Shown here: positions 13,201 through 24,574 of the stretch, piece by piece | How positions within the stretch are numbered: the first letter of the stretch is position 1 | Layout of the letters: the number at the start of each line of letters is the position of its first letter | From: Haliotis rufescens | Lineage: Eukaryota | NCBI RefSeq assembly: GCF_023055435.1 | Contig: NW_025964372.1 | Span: 33,170,001-33,234,000 of the forward strand | DNA: 64,000 bases | Direction of reading: 5' to 3' | The notes under the pieces: generated by a model | What the model saw: the letters and a program-made list of their open reading frames with translations, nothing else | Database searches by the model: none | Told to the model about the DNA's origin: nothing | Made by a program: the position numbers and the translations under genes

Positions 13201-16200
13201 TTCAGTCAACTTCAGTGTACTCATGATCAGATCGTTTGATGCATGTATCTACATTGTAAATAGTTTTTTGCCAGGGCTGCGGTAAAACAATTCCCAATTA
13301 GACATTTTTTGCCCAACTTTTGAGACCTACAGTGGGTAGGGTTTGGAGATGGGGTGTCGGGTATCCAGGTAGTAAATTTGAACTCGTCCGAGCCCTAATT
13401 ATAACACAATCACAATAGTGAAAATAGCCCCAATGGTCGACCCTAGTGACTTGTGATGTTTTCCACCGACAGCATGGGACCAGTCCGACAAGTTTATGAA
13501 GCTGTACGTAACACTGGATGGCGTACAGGGTATTCCTGCTGAGAACGTTACCTCCACCTTTACAAACAGGTAAGACACAGACCAAACCACACTCCCGCCC
13601 TCATATTAATCATGTTAATGTGAGTATTACTAAAAGTGGCGTAAAACCATACTAACTCACTCACCCTATGGCTATGTCGAACATTGGAACTTTGTAATCC
13701 CAATGATATATTGACCCAGTGTGTACATTCAGATGACCAGGGTTTGGAAATATTTTTCCGCAATTATCGTGATAACTCTTTTGAGCATGTTGAGGAACTT
13801 TACAGAGTTCAGAAAATAATACAAAAACCATTGGAAACACCCAACGGAGAACTCCTGTCTTCAAGTACATGCTTTGTGCAATGTATATCGGATTGTCTAA
13901 CCCATCTGACCGTGTTGTCAGGTCAGTGAAGCTCGTCGTGAAGGGCCTCAACAAGAAGAACCATGAACTGTTCATTGCTCGGCTCTGTGAAGAGATCACC
14001 CCAGAAACCAGTTACCATAAGGTTAGTCTTAGAACTGTCCCAGGCGCCAGCTACATTTTGGTTACTCTACGTCAATGTAACCTGCTAATATGATGTTACG
14101 CCAGGTTTCTCCTGATTGCAAGACATCATCACTTCGCTGTCTGTAACCAGTTACAATATGTTTAGACATAGAACTGTCCCTGCCTCCAGTTACCATAAAT
14201 GTAGACATAGAACTGTCCCTGGCAACTGTTACCTTAAGTTTAGTCTTAGAACTCTCCCTGGCACCAGTTACCATAAGTTCACTCTTAGAACTGTCCCTGG
14301 CACCAGTTACCATAAGTTTAGACTTAGAACTGTCCCTGCCTCCAGTTATCATAAGTTCACTCTTAGAACTGGCACCAGCTACATTTTGGTTACTCTAAGT
14401 CCCTGTAACTTGCTAATATGATGTAATGCCAGGTTTCTCCTGATTGCAAGACATCATCACTTTGTGACTGCCACCACACTCAGAAATGACCTGTGGAACA
14501 CCTGTGGTGTTGTCGTTTCTGCTAAGTGCATAATTGTCTCTGTTTGACCTTGAATTTGCTGTCATGATTATTGGTCACATGTTGTATGTTGGCATTGTGT
14601 GGCACATGACAGCAGACTGTTGTTCATTAAACATGTCTTCAGGCAATATTGTCTTTGGCTGTTGAACACAATTTGATGTATTGCCTTTTGAAGTGGTGAT
14701 CCTTAGCAAACTTGGAATAGTATATACAGTGAACTACATTTATAATGAACACCCTTATAATTAACTGACCGATATAACAAACTTATTTATTAGTCTCGGC
14801 CATTTGTTGTATATATGCTGATTACAGTCAAGTCTCGTTAATCCGACACAAATGATAGGAACCAATTAAATCAGTGCTATTTAGACCCTTTAATCCTTTA
14901 ATTACGCTCCAACTCCGACACACCTAATTTGCAACCAATTGCTGAAATCACTCATTAATCCGTGTTTTCATGCGAGATGAGTCGGCGAGTAGCTGCACAT
15001 TTCAACGGCTGCAGAGATAAACTTGCTTAACAATAAACTATTAATTCTTTAAATTAACAAAACAGGATTAATCACATGCCTAGATTACCTCAATCTCATT
15101 AAAATCAGATACAAGTTCTCGTTACCGCTGAGGACATCCCATTACAGGTCACGTCAGAACGACCTTTCACAAACAACCAATGAAATTACTGACAGGAAGT
15201 CGACATTAGCCACTAAGAAAGCAGCTTTCTTAAGCATTGCGGCACTAGTTTCAAATTGATGACTTCCACTCTAGACTATGCTTTAAAAAGTATTTTGAAT
15301 CAGTCATACAGTCCGTAACAGTAGTTTTGTGTTAAACTTCAGGTTGCATGATTAGAAAACATATTCCGCTAACAATGTAACACAACAATATGATTATTTC
15401 CTTTTTTTATTATGTGTTTAAATCGTTATCTATCCTGTAGTTGTCCAATTTTCGATCACGAACGTTTATACTACCTAATTTCATTTATCCGACATACTCG
15501 TTAATCAAGCATAATCATATGCAACCAACAATGTCGGATTAACGGGACTTGACTATATGCTTATAACGAAGTACAGTTATTACAAACTAACATTAGTGAT
15601 CTCTTTGAGTTTGTTAAAACCATAGTTGACTGTGTGTGTGTATTGTAAGATGCCTCCCCTCTGTACCAGGTGAAGACTGACTGTGTTCTGCTGATGATGA
15701 AGAAAGCCTCATCCACCACCTGGGCCTTCGTCACGGAGGCAGAGAGGAAAGCCAAAGAAACAAAAAAGTTAGTTTGACATTCACACATCTTTGTGCCAGA
15801 CATGTTTCATATCTTGTGGGTTTTTTATTATTTTTGTTAATATGCCAAATTGAAGGCAGAAAAAAAACCCAACATATTGTCGGGGTTTATTCGAGATTCA
15901 TATCCTCAAACCTCTGAAATAAACCTTTGAAAAACACACATTTAGAAAGACAAAAAACATGTGTGTGAGTTCATATTATCTTGAAGAATGACGGGGGTGA
16001 CTTCCCACTTCAATGGAAATGGATTCTGCTGTTCACCGAGTAGTGAATGGGTACCCGGTAGTAAGAGATGGACTTATTATTATTATTATTATATTATAAT
16101 ATATTATCATCCTAAAAGTTGCTGTTCACACAGTGTGATGTTAGCAGTCGACATTTTGAGTCAGTGTCAGCTTACATGGCTAAGCTGTTTATGAAAATTA

Positions 16201-19200
16201 TCGTGTTTGATTTTATTTTTTTCAAGTTTATTAGTCACCATGCACATGGTTATTGATTTGCCCAAAGTAGTAAACATTGACAGCTTTCTTCACATAAGCT
16301 TCCCCTGATACACCAAGCTATGGCCAGTCAGGTAGGCCTCTTGTTTATGTGGCTTTTCAAAGGGTGAATTTCCACAGCTCTATGTTGGAATTCAATTAGA
16401 GCATTTCAGACCTGATTTTACACTTTTATGCCCTCTTTTTTATCAAAGATGTGTAAACTCACATTAAACAAGACATAAATAGTTATATATGTATTCATTG
16501 TAATTGAATTAATTTCATTTGGAAAAAAAGTAATCTTGACTTAGGGAGGGGAAATGTTGTAAAAATGTTATGTAATGTTGGGTCGTTTCATCTGCCAACT
16601 TAGTGCTAAGATCGTTTTGTTGAACAAGATTAGGAAGCCAGTCAGTTTCATCTGCCAACTTAGTGCTAAGATCGTTTTGTGGAACAAGATTAGGAAGCCA
16701 GTCAGTTGCATGTGCCAACTTAGTGCTAAGATCGTTTTGTGGAACAAGATTAGGAAGCCAGTCAGTTGCATGTGTCAACTTAGTGCTCAGATCGTTTTGT
16801 GGAACAAGATTAGGAAGCCAGTCAGTTTCATCTGCAAACTTAGTGCTAAGATCGTTTTGTAGAACAAGATTAGGAAGCCAGTCAGTTTCATCTGCCAACT
16901 TAGTGCTAAGATCGTTTTGTGGAACAAGATTATGAAGCCTGTCAGTTTCATGTGCCAACTTAGTGCTAAGATTGTTTTGTGGAACAAGATTAGGAGCGTT
17001 GCAGTTTCATGTGCCAACTTAGTGCTAAGATCGTTTTGTGGAACAAGATTAGGAAGCCAGTCAGTTGCATGTGCCAACTTAGTGCTAAGATCGTTTTGTG
17101 GAACAAGATTAGGAAGCCTGTCAGTTTCATCTGCAAACTTAGTGCTGAGATCGTTTTGTAGAACAAGATTATGAAGCCAGTCAGTTTCATCTGCCAGCTT
17201 AGTGCTAAGATCGTTTTGTGGAACAAGATTAGGAAGCCTGTCAGTTTCATGTGCCAACTTAGTGCTAAGATTGTTTTGTGGAACAAGATTAAGAAGCCAG
17301 TCAGTTTCATCTGCCAGCTTAGTGCTAAGATTGTTTTGTGGAACAAGATTAGGAAGCCAGTCAGTTGCATGTGCCAACTTAGTGCTAAGATCGTTTTGTG
17401 GAACAAGATTAGGAAGCCTGTCAGTTTCATGTGCCAACTTAGTGCTAAGATCGTTTTGTGGAACAAGATTAGGAAGCCAGTCAGTTGCATGTGCCAACTT
17501 AGTGCTAAGATTGTTTTGTGGAACAAGATTAGGAAGCCAGTCAGTTGCATGTGCCAACTTAGTGCTAAGATCGTTTTGTGGAACAAGATTAGGAAGCCAG
17601 TCAGTTGCATGTGTCAACTTAGTGCTAAGATCGTTTTGTGGAACAAGATTAGGAAGCCAGTCAGTTTCATCTGTAAACTTAGTGCTAAGATCGTTTTATA
17701 GAATAAAATTAGGAAGCCAGTCAGTTTCATCTGCCAACTTAGTGCTAAGATCGTTTTGTGGAACAAGATTAGGAAGCCAGTCAGTTGCATGTGCCAACTT
17801 AGTGCTAAGATCGTTTTGTGGAACAAGATTAGGAAGCCAGTCAGTTGCATGTGCCAACTTAGTGCTAAGATTGTTTTGTGGAACAAGATTAGGAGCGTTG
17901 CAGTTTCATGTGCCAACTTAGTGCTAAGATCGTTTTGTGGAACAAGATTAGGAAGCCAGTCAGTTGCATGTGCCAACTTAGTGCTAAGATTGTTTTGTGG
18001 AACAAGATTAGGAAGCCTGTCAGTTTCATCTGCAAACTTACTGCTACGATCGTTTTGTAGAACAAGATTATGAAGCCAGTCAGTTTCATCTGCCAGCTTA
18101 GTGCTAAGATCGTTTTGTGGAACAAGATTATGAAGCCTGTCAGTTTCATGTGCCAACTTAGTGCTAAGATTGTTTTGTGGAACAAGATTAGGAAGCCAGT
18201 CAGTTTCATCTGCCAGCTTAGTGCTAAGATTGTTTTGTGGAACAAGATTAGGAAGCCAGTCAGTTGCATGTGCCAACTTAGTGCTAAGATCGTTTTGTGG
18301 AACAAGATTAAGAAGCCAGTCAGTTGCATGTGCCAACTTAGTGCTAAGATCGTTTTGTGGAACAAGATTAGGAAGCCTGTCAGTTTCATGTGCCAACTTA
18401 GTGCTAAGATCGTTTTGTGGAACAAGATTAGGAAGCCAGTCAGTTGCATGTGCCAACTTAGTGCTAAGATCGTTTTGTGGAACAAGATTAGGAAGCCTGT
18501 CAGTTTCATCTGCAAACTTAGTGCTAAGATCGTTTTGAAGAACAAGATTAGGAAGCCAGTCAGTTTCATCTGCCAGCTTAGTGCTAAGATCGTTTTGTGG
18601 AACAAGATGAGGAAGCCTGTCAGTTTCATGTGCCAACTTAGTGCTAAGATTGTTTTGTAGAACAAGATTAGGAGCGTGGCAGTTTCATGTGCCAACTTAT
18701 TGCTAAGATCGTTTTGTGGAACAAGATTAGGAAGCCAGTCAGTTTCATCTGCCAACTTAGTGCTAAAATCGTTTTGTGGAACAAGATTAGGAGCGTGGCA
18801 GTTTCATGTGCCAACTTAGTGCTTAGATCGTTTTGTGGAACAAGATTAGGAAGCCAGTCAGTTTCATCTGCCAACTTAGTGCTAAGATCGTTTTGTGGAA
18901 CAAGATTATGAAGCCTGTCAGTTTCATGTGCCAACTTATTGCTAAGATCGTTTTGTGGAACAAGATTAGGAAGCCAGTCAGTTTCATCTGCCAACTTAGT
19001 GCTAAGATCGTTTTGTGGAACAAGATTATGAAGCCTGTCAGTTTCATGTGCCAACTTAGTGCTAAGATTGTTTTGTGGAACAAGATTAGGAGCGTGGCAG
19101 TTTCATGTGCCAACTTAGTGCTTAGATTGTTTTGTGGAACAAGATTAGGAAGCCAGTCAGTTTCATCTGCCAACTTAGTGCTAAGATTGTTTTGTGGAAC

Positions 19201-19520
19201 AAGATTACGAAGCCAGTCAGTTTCATCTGCCAGCTAAGTGCTAAGATCATTTTGTGGAACAAGATTATGAAGCCTGTCGGTTTCATCAGCATCCTGATCA
19301 GGTTACATTTATTCTTGTTATACAAAGAATTGTGTGGCGTAGTTTGCTAATAAACAAGTTGCCATGGTAACCTTTCAGACCATCAGTCAGTGACAAGGAA
19401 GACCCCAATGCAAGTCTGATGAAGATGATGCAGAACATGTATGAGGATGGGGATGATGACATGAAGAGGACGATCGCCAAGGCATGGACAGAAGGGCGGG
19501 ACAAGACACCCACGGAGTGA
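10281..19520 (+). CDS. CACYBP: Calcyclin-binding protein / Siah-interacting protein, about 218 aa, 6 coding exons
   Basis: Exons 10281-10298, 11835-12036, 13473-13569, 13922-14021, 15670-15767 and 19379-19520 (657 nt, phases consistent). N-terminal helical region ([11 protein letters not shown]...[16 protein letters not shown]), CS domain ([16 protein letters not shown]) and SGS domain ([29 protein letters not shown]). Confidence 0.95.
10653..10775. mobile_element. Fold-back MITE with 8-bp TSD (P-element-like termini)
   Basis: 123-bp near-perfect palindrome CACAGGCCCC...GGGGCCTGTG flanked by CAATAACT (10645-10652 / 10776-10783). Confidence 0.88.
10880..11048. mobile_element. Small MITE (CAGCRTTAGAAA...TTTCTAACGCTG)
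   Basis: Short TIRs; related copies near 12205-12340 and 44440-44593. Confidence 0.7.
12995..13396 (+). mobile_element. hAT-like MITE (ends ...CTCGTCCCAGCCCTA)
   Basis: About 400-bp sequence shared with 9130-9472, 11448-11585 (partial) and 19765-20110 (inverted). Superfamily inferred from TAGGG termini. Confidence 0.7.
14007..14463 (+). repeat. Local duplication plus 39-bp tandem repeat derived from the CACYBP exon 4/intron junction
   Basis: Unit ACCAGTTACCATAAG(G/T)TTAGWCTTAGAACTGTCCCTGGC: one copy at the junction and about 6 copies at 14146-14372. The ~90-bp tail 14046-14133 is repeated at 14374-14462. Confidence 0.88.
14727..15632. mobile_element. Nested Tc1/mariner-type MITEs
   Basis: Outer element resembles 5653-5828 and is split by an inner element at about 14825-15555 (TIR CAGTCAAGTCTCGTTAATCCGACA), which recurs at 23299-23898 and 41497-42171. 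Confidence 0.8.
16585..19288. repeat. 60-bp minisatellite, about 45 units, CACYBP intron 5
   Basis: Unit GTCAGTTTCATCTGCCAACTTAGTGCTAAGATCGTTTTGTGGAACAAGATTAGGAAGCCA, with occasional 59-bp variants. Confidence 0.97.
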
Positions 19521-20609
19521 GGCAACGTAGGGGATGGGGTGGGCGTGGCAACTGGTGGGTGGGGGGCGTTTTTACCACCGACACATAAGTATGACTGTAA
19601 TAAAGCCATTCTGTTAGACTTTTTTCAGAAATTGTTTTTGTTGAAAGAACTCATTCTACCATTGTCTGGTTGTATTTTCACCCATGTTTTGATGTGAATG
19701 TGGCTACAGATATCATGATATCAAGCTTCAATATTGTTTTCAGTCACTTTAAATTTATCTTGAGCATGCCAAATTTACTACCCAGGTACCCACCCCGCTA
19801 TTACCCGACCCTACCCGGGTACCCACTGTAGGTCTCAAGAGATAGGTACAAAATGTCCGATTGGAAATAGTATGACCTTAGCCCTGGACAAAATGTATTT
19901 ACACACATGTATTAAACGATTTGGTCATGCATACACTGAAGTTGACTGAAGTTTTATCTTTATTCAAACATATAAGTCAGAAGGGTGCATAGTCAGAAAG
20001 AAATGCGAACATTAGTGACTTGGGGTGTAGCCATATAGTGTAACCACGGGTCCGGGTAGTCCTTTGTGTACCCACCCGACCAGTGTACCCGAGTTACCCA
20101 TCCCAGCCCTAGCAAGTTTTGTGACTGAGTTTTGGGACGTTGTATCAGCATGATCAGTGAATGGCTGGCCCTGGAGAGTGAGAGAGGGTGGAACTCCTGC
20201 GACATTCCTATGTGTTATATACTAATAAAAAAATGTTATGGACACCCAAATCTTTCATATTATTATATTTAATCTGTCATACCACGACAGATTTACTATA
20301 GCAATATGAAAGAATCAGGTGGTCCTTAACTTTTTTTGATTAGTATAAATGTGAGCTGGTCTCTCTTGGCGGGCAGATCCAGCATTGCAGTGAAAACCTG
20401 GCAGCGTGAATCACCCAGGAATATCGTTGGCTGTTTTAGCAGGATATATATTTTCAAGTTCATGGTCATTTTGTGTTAATAGGTATGCAGCGATAAACTG
20501 CTCCCATGTACAACATACCAATGTTTCACAGTCATGCCCCAGAAATAGGAATTAAATAGTTTTTCTCCATCATCTAGTTTGTGCCCTCGTATTTAAGTAT
20601 TACGTACAT

Positions 20610-21143
20610 AGAGGATTCATCACGAGTGTTTTTTAATATGGGAAATATCAACCGAGTCTTAGTTAATCAGTATTTGCCGAGCCTTCGATATTTCCCATAT
20701 TAAAAAACACGAGTGATGAATTCTATTTATCATTTTCACATTTTTGCTTCCCAATTAAGGAATAATTGCATTAAACATTAACATCAGCAACTTGTCGAAA
20801 TCTTACGTATAGATCGTGCGTAGTGATACATGTTTTCCATAGCCGTGTAAACCAAAATAAACAACCTCTTAACTCCTTTATGACATATTCCTTCGCTGAG
20901 AAAAAAAGTTCCTCGGATTATTTTAAACAAAATACTTGAACAGACTTTTGCAGAATAATTGAAATAATGTCTCCAACATCAAAGGTATCCATGTTGTTTG
21001 TAAACACCTACTCACGTGCACCGGCAAAAAAGTCCCACTTCCGGTTATCTAATTTGCATACTTATGTCATTGGGGTATGACATACATGTTTTTATGTCAT
21101 AAGCTTATGTCATGGATAAATGCTTTAGTTAAATGATAAAATA
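20610..21143. mobile_element. Non-autonomous element with terminal hairpin and subterminal inverted repeats (Crypton-like, tentative)
   Basis: About 40-bp inverted arms 20610-20649 / 20687-20725; short IR TATTTATCATTT (about 20724) versus AAATGATAAAATA (about 21131). Confidence 0.5.
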
Positions 21144-22879
21144 CTTTTATCATCTTGTGTGGGTTCAAATCCTGGTGTCCCTGATTATGTTTCTAGGTTT
21201 GTGAGCACCATACACATGCTCGTGGGTTCGCGAAAGTTGTAAATGTCCGAAACAGGGATCACTTCAGGCTTTCCTCCCACATTAATCTGACATCCGGTAT
21301 ACAGCTGGAATACTGTTAAAAGTTTCTTCTGTGTGACTGACAGACTACAGGGGTCTTCGAGTTGGAATCATTTAGGGCCATTTATGTCAGGCCCGACCAA
21401 TTCCTTTTCTTTGTCAGGGTTGATTTCCAAATATTAATTCCAGAACTTTCAAGAATACGAAAATAAAATATGTTCAATTCCATTCAAACTTGTCAGCCCC
21501 ATTCACATCATGGGGCTGTAGGGAAGCCTAGTGGTTAAAGCGTTCGCTCGTCATGCCAAGGACCTGGGTTCAATTCCTCACATGGGTACATTTCTGGTGT
21601 TCTCTGTCGTGATACATGCATCTCAGTCTCTGTAAAATTGTCTGTGTTGTACGTAGACATTACGTGGTTGGGGTGTGAAGTCTCAGGTCATGAACTCCAA
21701 AAAATAAATGAAGGATATGATATTGAAAACCTATAACCTTAAATTATTTTAGGGCACTGTGGTTAAGAATCACTTCAATTACATACTGATCTTTTGTCTT
21801 TTTGACAATATTGATGAGAAATTTGTTCGTGTCATAAATTTGCCTTCAACATACAGTAAGTTTCTTTGAATTATTCCTTTATGGATCAACTTAATAATTT
21901 ACTTACAGTAAGCAAAAACATTTGTCCACCCTGCTACGCATCATTAACGCCATGACCCATAGTCCATCTCCAGACATTTGAGAGTCACAATCAGTAAAAC
22001 AAATTTTGGGGAAACTGCAGTCAAAATGGTCGTTCATGGATTTCCTTTCTGTAAATATTGATGATATTTGACGAGGACCTGACTTATCATGCTTATTATC
22101 TCCCTAACATGCTTCAGTGGCGGATCCATAGGGATGCAGTGGGTGCACATCCCCCTTGCAGGTTAACTGTACCCTCTGTCAAGTCAATTTGGGACTTAGG
22201 TATTATGTTCTTTTCAAAATCCTTGGTCCGCCTCTGTGCCTCATACGAAAATAAAATTGTTCTCAATCATTTTACATTCTTGAGTTTCTTTTGTGATTCG
22301 TTGTATTTTGCAATGAACACCTTGTTGACTGTTCGTACGCTCACATCGACCCTCATTATATAGATGTTCGTACGCTCACATCGACCCTCATTATATAGAA
22401 CCGAAGGGCCAATAAAGGCTTAGTGGATCAATACGGAATTTGAGTGGGCCAAAACAGTTTTTGCGCGCGACTCAGTTCCATACATTGCAATCGCAACAAG
22501 ACGACAAACTGCTGTCATCACACTTCGTTAGAGCGTGAATCATACAGTTGAGGTAGTAATTTCATTAATATATAATTAAATGGGTGTTTCATATTGGCCT
22601 TGTCAATATGTCCTCAGTCGGTCATATTGGCCCTTACCAGGCTATATTGGCCTTCAGTGTTGCCTTGGGCGTATGTGGCAGACCTTGGACCTGTAACAAG
22701 GCCAATATGAAAAAACACCAATGTAATAACAATAATAGTACAACAGTTGAAGAAATATTTATTATTATTTCCATGAGAAGTGTCCAGTTCACACACTTGT
22801 CAGGCAACTAAGACAGGATCAGGCAGCTGCTTTGACTTTCGGTCTGTGTTTCCATCCCCGGTACCAGTACACATCTTGA

Positions 22880-23138
22880 GACCCGTGAAGATCCGAGGTA
22901 GAATAGATCTTCAGCAACCCATGCTTGCAGAAAAGGCAATTATGCTTGTCGTAAGAGGTGACTAACGGGATCGGGTGGTCAGGCTAGCTGACTTGGTTGA
23001 TGCATGTCATCGTATCCAAATTGCGTGGATGGATGCTCATGATGTCAATCACTAGATTGTCTGGTCCAGACTCGATTATTTACAGACCGCCGTCATATAG
23101 CTGGAATATTGCCGAGTGCGGCGTAAACAACAAACAAG
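22880..23138 (+). mobile_element. SINE-like family A, near full-length copy
   Basis: ACCCGTGAAGATCC...GTCGTAAGAGGTGACTAA...GCTGGAATATTGCCGAGTGCGGCGTAAACAACAAAC; reverse complement of the 1477-1770 copy. Confidence 0.85.
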
Positions 23139-23298
23139 TAAACTTTATTGGTCATGTTATCTGTAAAAATACAAGTCACCTCTATGAAGCCATAATATTA
23201 TGAACATAAATTGGGAAATTTTGTATTCCAATTTGGGCATATTTACTGACATTTGCTGCAGACTTGGTGTCGAATATCCGAGTGAGCAGGTCTAGATA

Positions 23299-23898
23299 CA
23301 GTCAAGTCTCGTTAATCCGACATCGTTGGTTGCACATGATTGTGTCGGATTAACGAGTATGTCGGATTAACGAAATTAAGTGATTTGTGATCGAAAATCG
23401 GACGTCTTCACGATAGATTATAACCGTGTGTACCTTGTAATAAAATCATTAAAAACGAAATATTAATATTGTTATGTTGTTTATTCATTCATTCCTTAAT
23501 TTATAATTAATGACTATGCAAAAATAATAATTTTCCCATTTATACATAACAATAGAGACATTACTCACTGAATTTATCACATGATCAACGACACACGTTT
23601 CCTCGTGTAAATGCAGTGCTACTGTCTTAACAACTTGCTTCATCTACTTAAAATAGTCTGTCAGTGTGTGTCAAAACACGGGGTTGTGTACTCGCGGTCA
23701 GATGACCACGGAGTACGCTGATCACTGTGTCGGATTAACGAGACTGATTAATGAGTGATTTCGGCAATTCGTTGCAAATTAGGTGTGTTGGAGTCGGGGT
23801 GCGAGAATGTCGGATTAACGGGACTAAATAGCACTGAATCAATCGGTTCCCATCATTTGTGTCGGATTAACGAGTGTCGGATTAACGAGACTTGACTG
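23299..23898. mobile_element. Tc1/mariner-type MITE
   Basis: TA-flanked TIRs CAGTCAAGTCTCGTTAATCCGACA / TGTCGGATTAACGAGACTTGACTG, with internal GTCGGATTAACG subrepeats. Confidence 0.88.
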
Positions 23899-24574
23899 TA
23901 TATCCCTGGACAAAGTTCTACCTGTTCTACAACAATATTGATGATATTTAGTGAGGACCAGACTCGATGCTTTGTTCCTAATGGGCCTCAAATATACTCT
24001 TTGCAATCCTTTACATTCATATGTCTGACCCACACCTCATTTGCAACTCCAAAGGAGTTGACCTGATTTTCTGCATCATCAAAGGAATTGTTGATTCCGT
24101 AACAGTAACAGTTGACTCAGTATTTGGAAGCAATATTTATTATGTTCTTGAGGAGAGGTCACCAGTACCACAGGAAACTAAAACAGGACCAGTCGGCCAC
24201 TTCACTTCTGTATTTACTTCCATGACATTTTGCCAACTAAAGGACCTGCACATTCGACTTCCAGTTTCAGACCATATCTATGTTCTACCATCCGATAGTC
24301 TCAATTATTTTCTACAGTTTTTCATAAATATTTAGACTATTAGAAGAAAGATTTTCTCAAACAGTCAAAATAATATCTTGGACATTTCCATCCCATAAAT
24401 ATTGACTTTCTGCCTCAAGCTTTGAAGAAAACGAGATACAATTAACTTGGATCAGTAATACAAACCTGTTTAGGGAAATAGAATTTGTCAAGTCTGATCC
24501 TATGTCATCAAGCTTAACACACAGCACGATTATTCTGATTGTCCATCCACAACACATTTCTCCAAGATATTGTA

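Noticed and set aside
16515-19350. Long ORFs with 20-aa repeats
   Set aside because: Products of the 60-bp satellite, open in several frames and broken by 59-bp units.
22330-22400. Two-copy ~35-bp direct repeat
   Set aside because: Simple local tandem duplication with no further structure.
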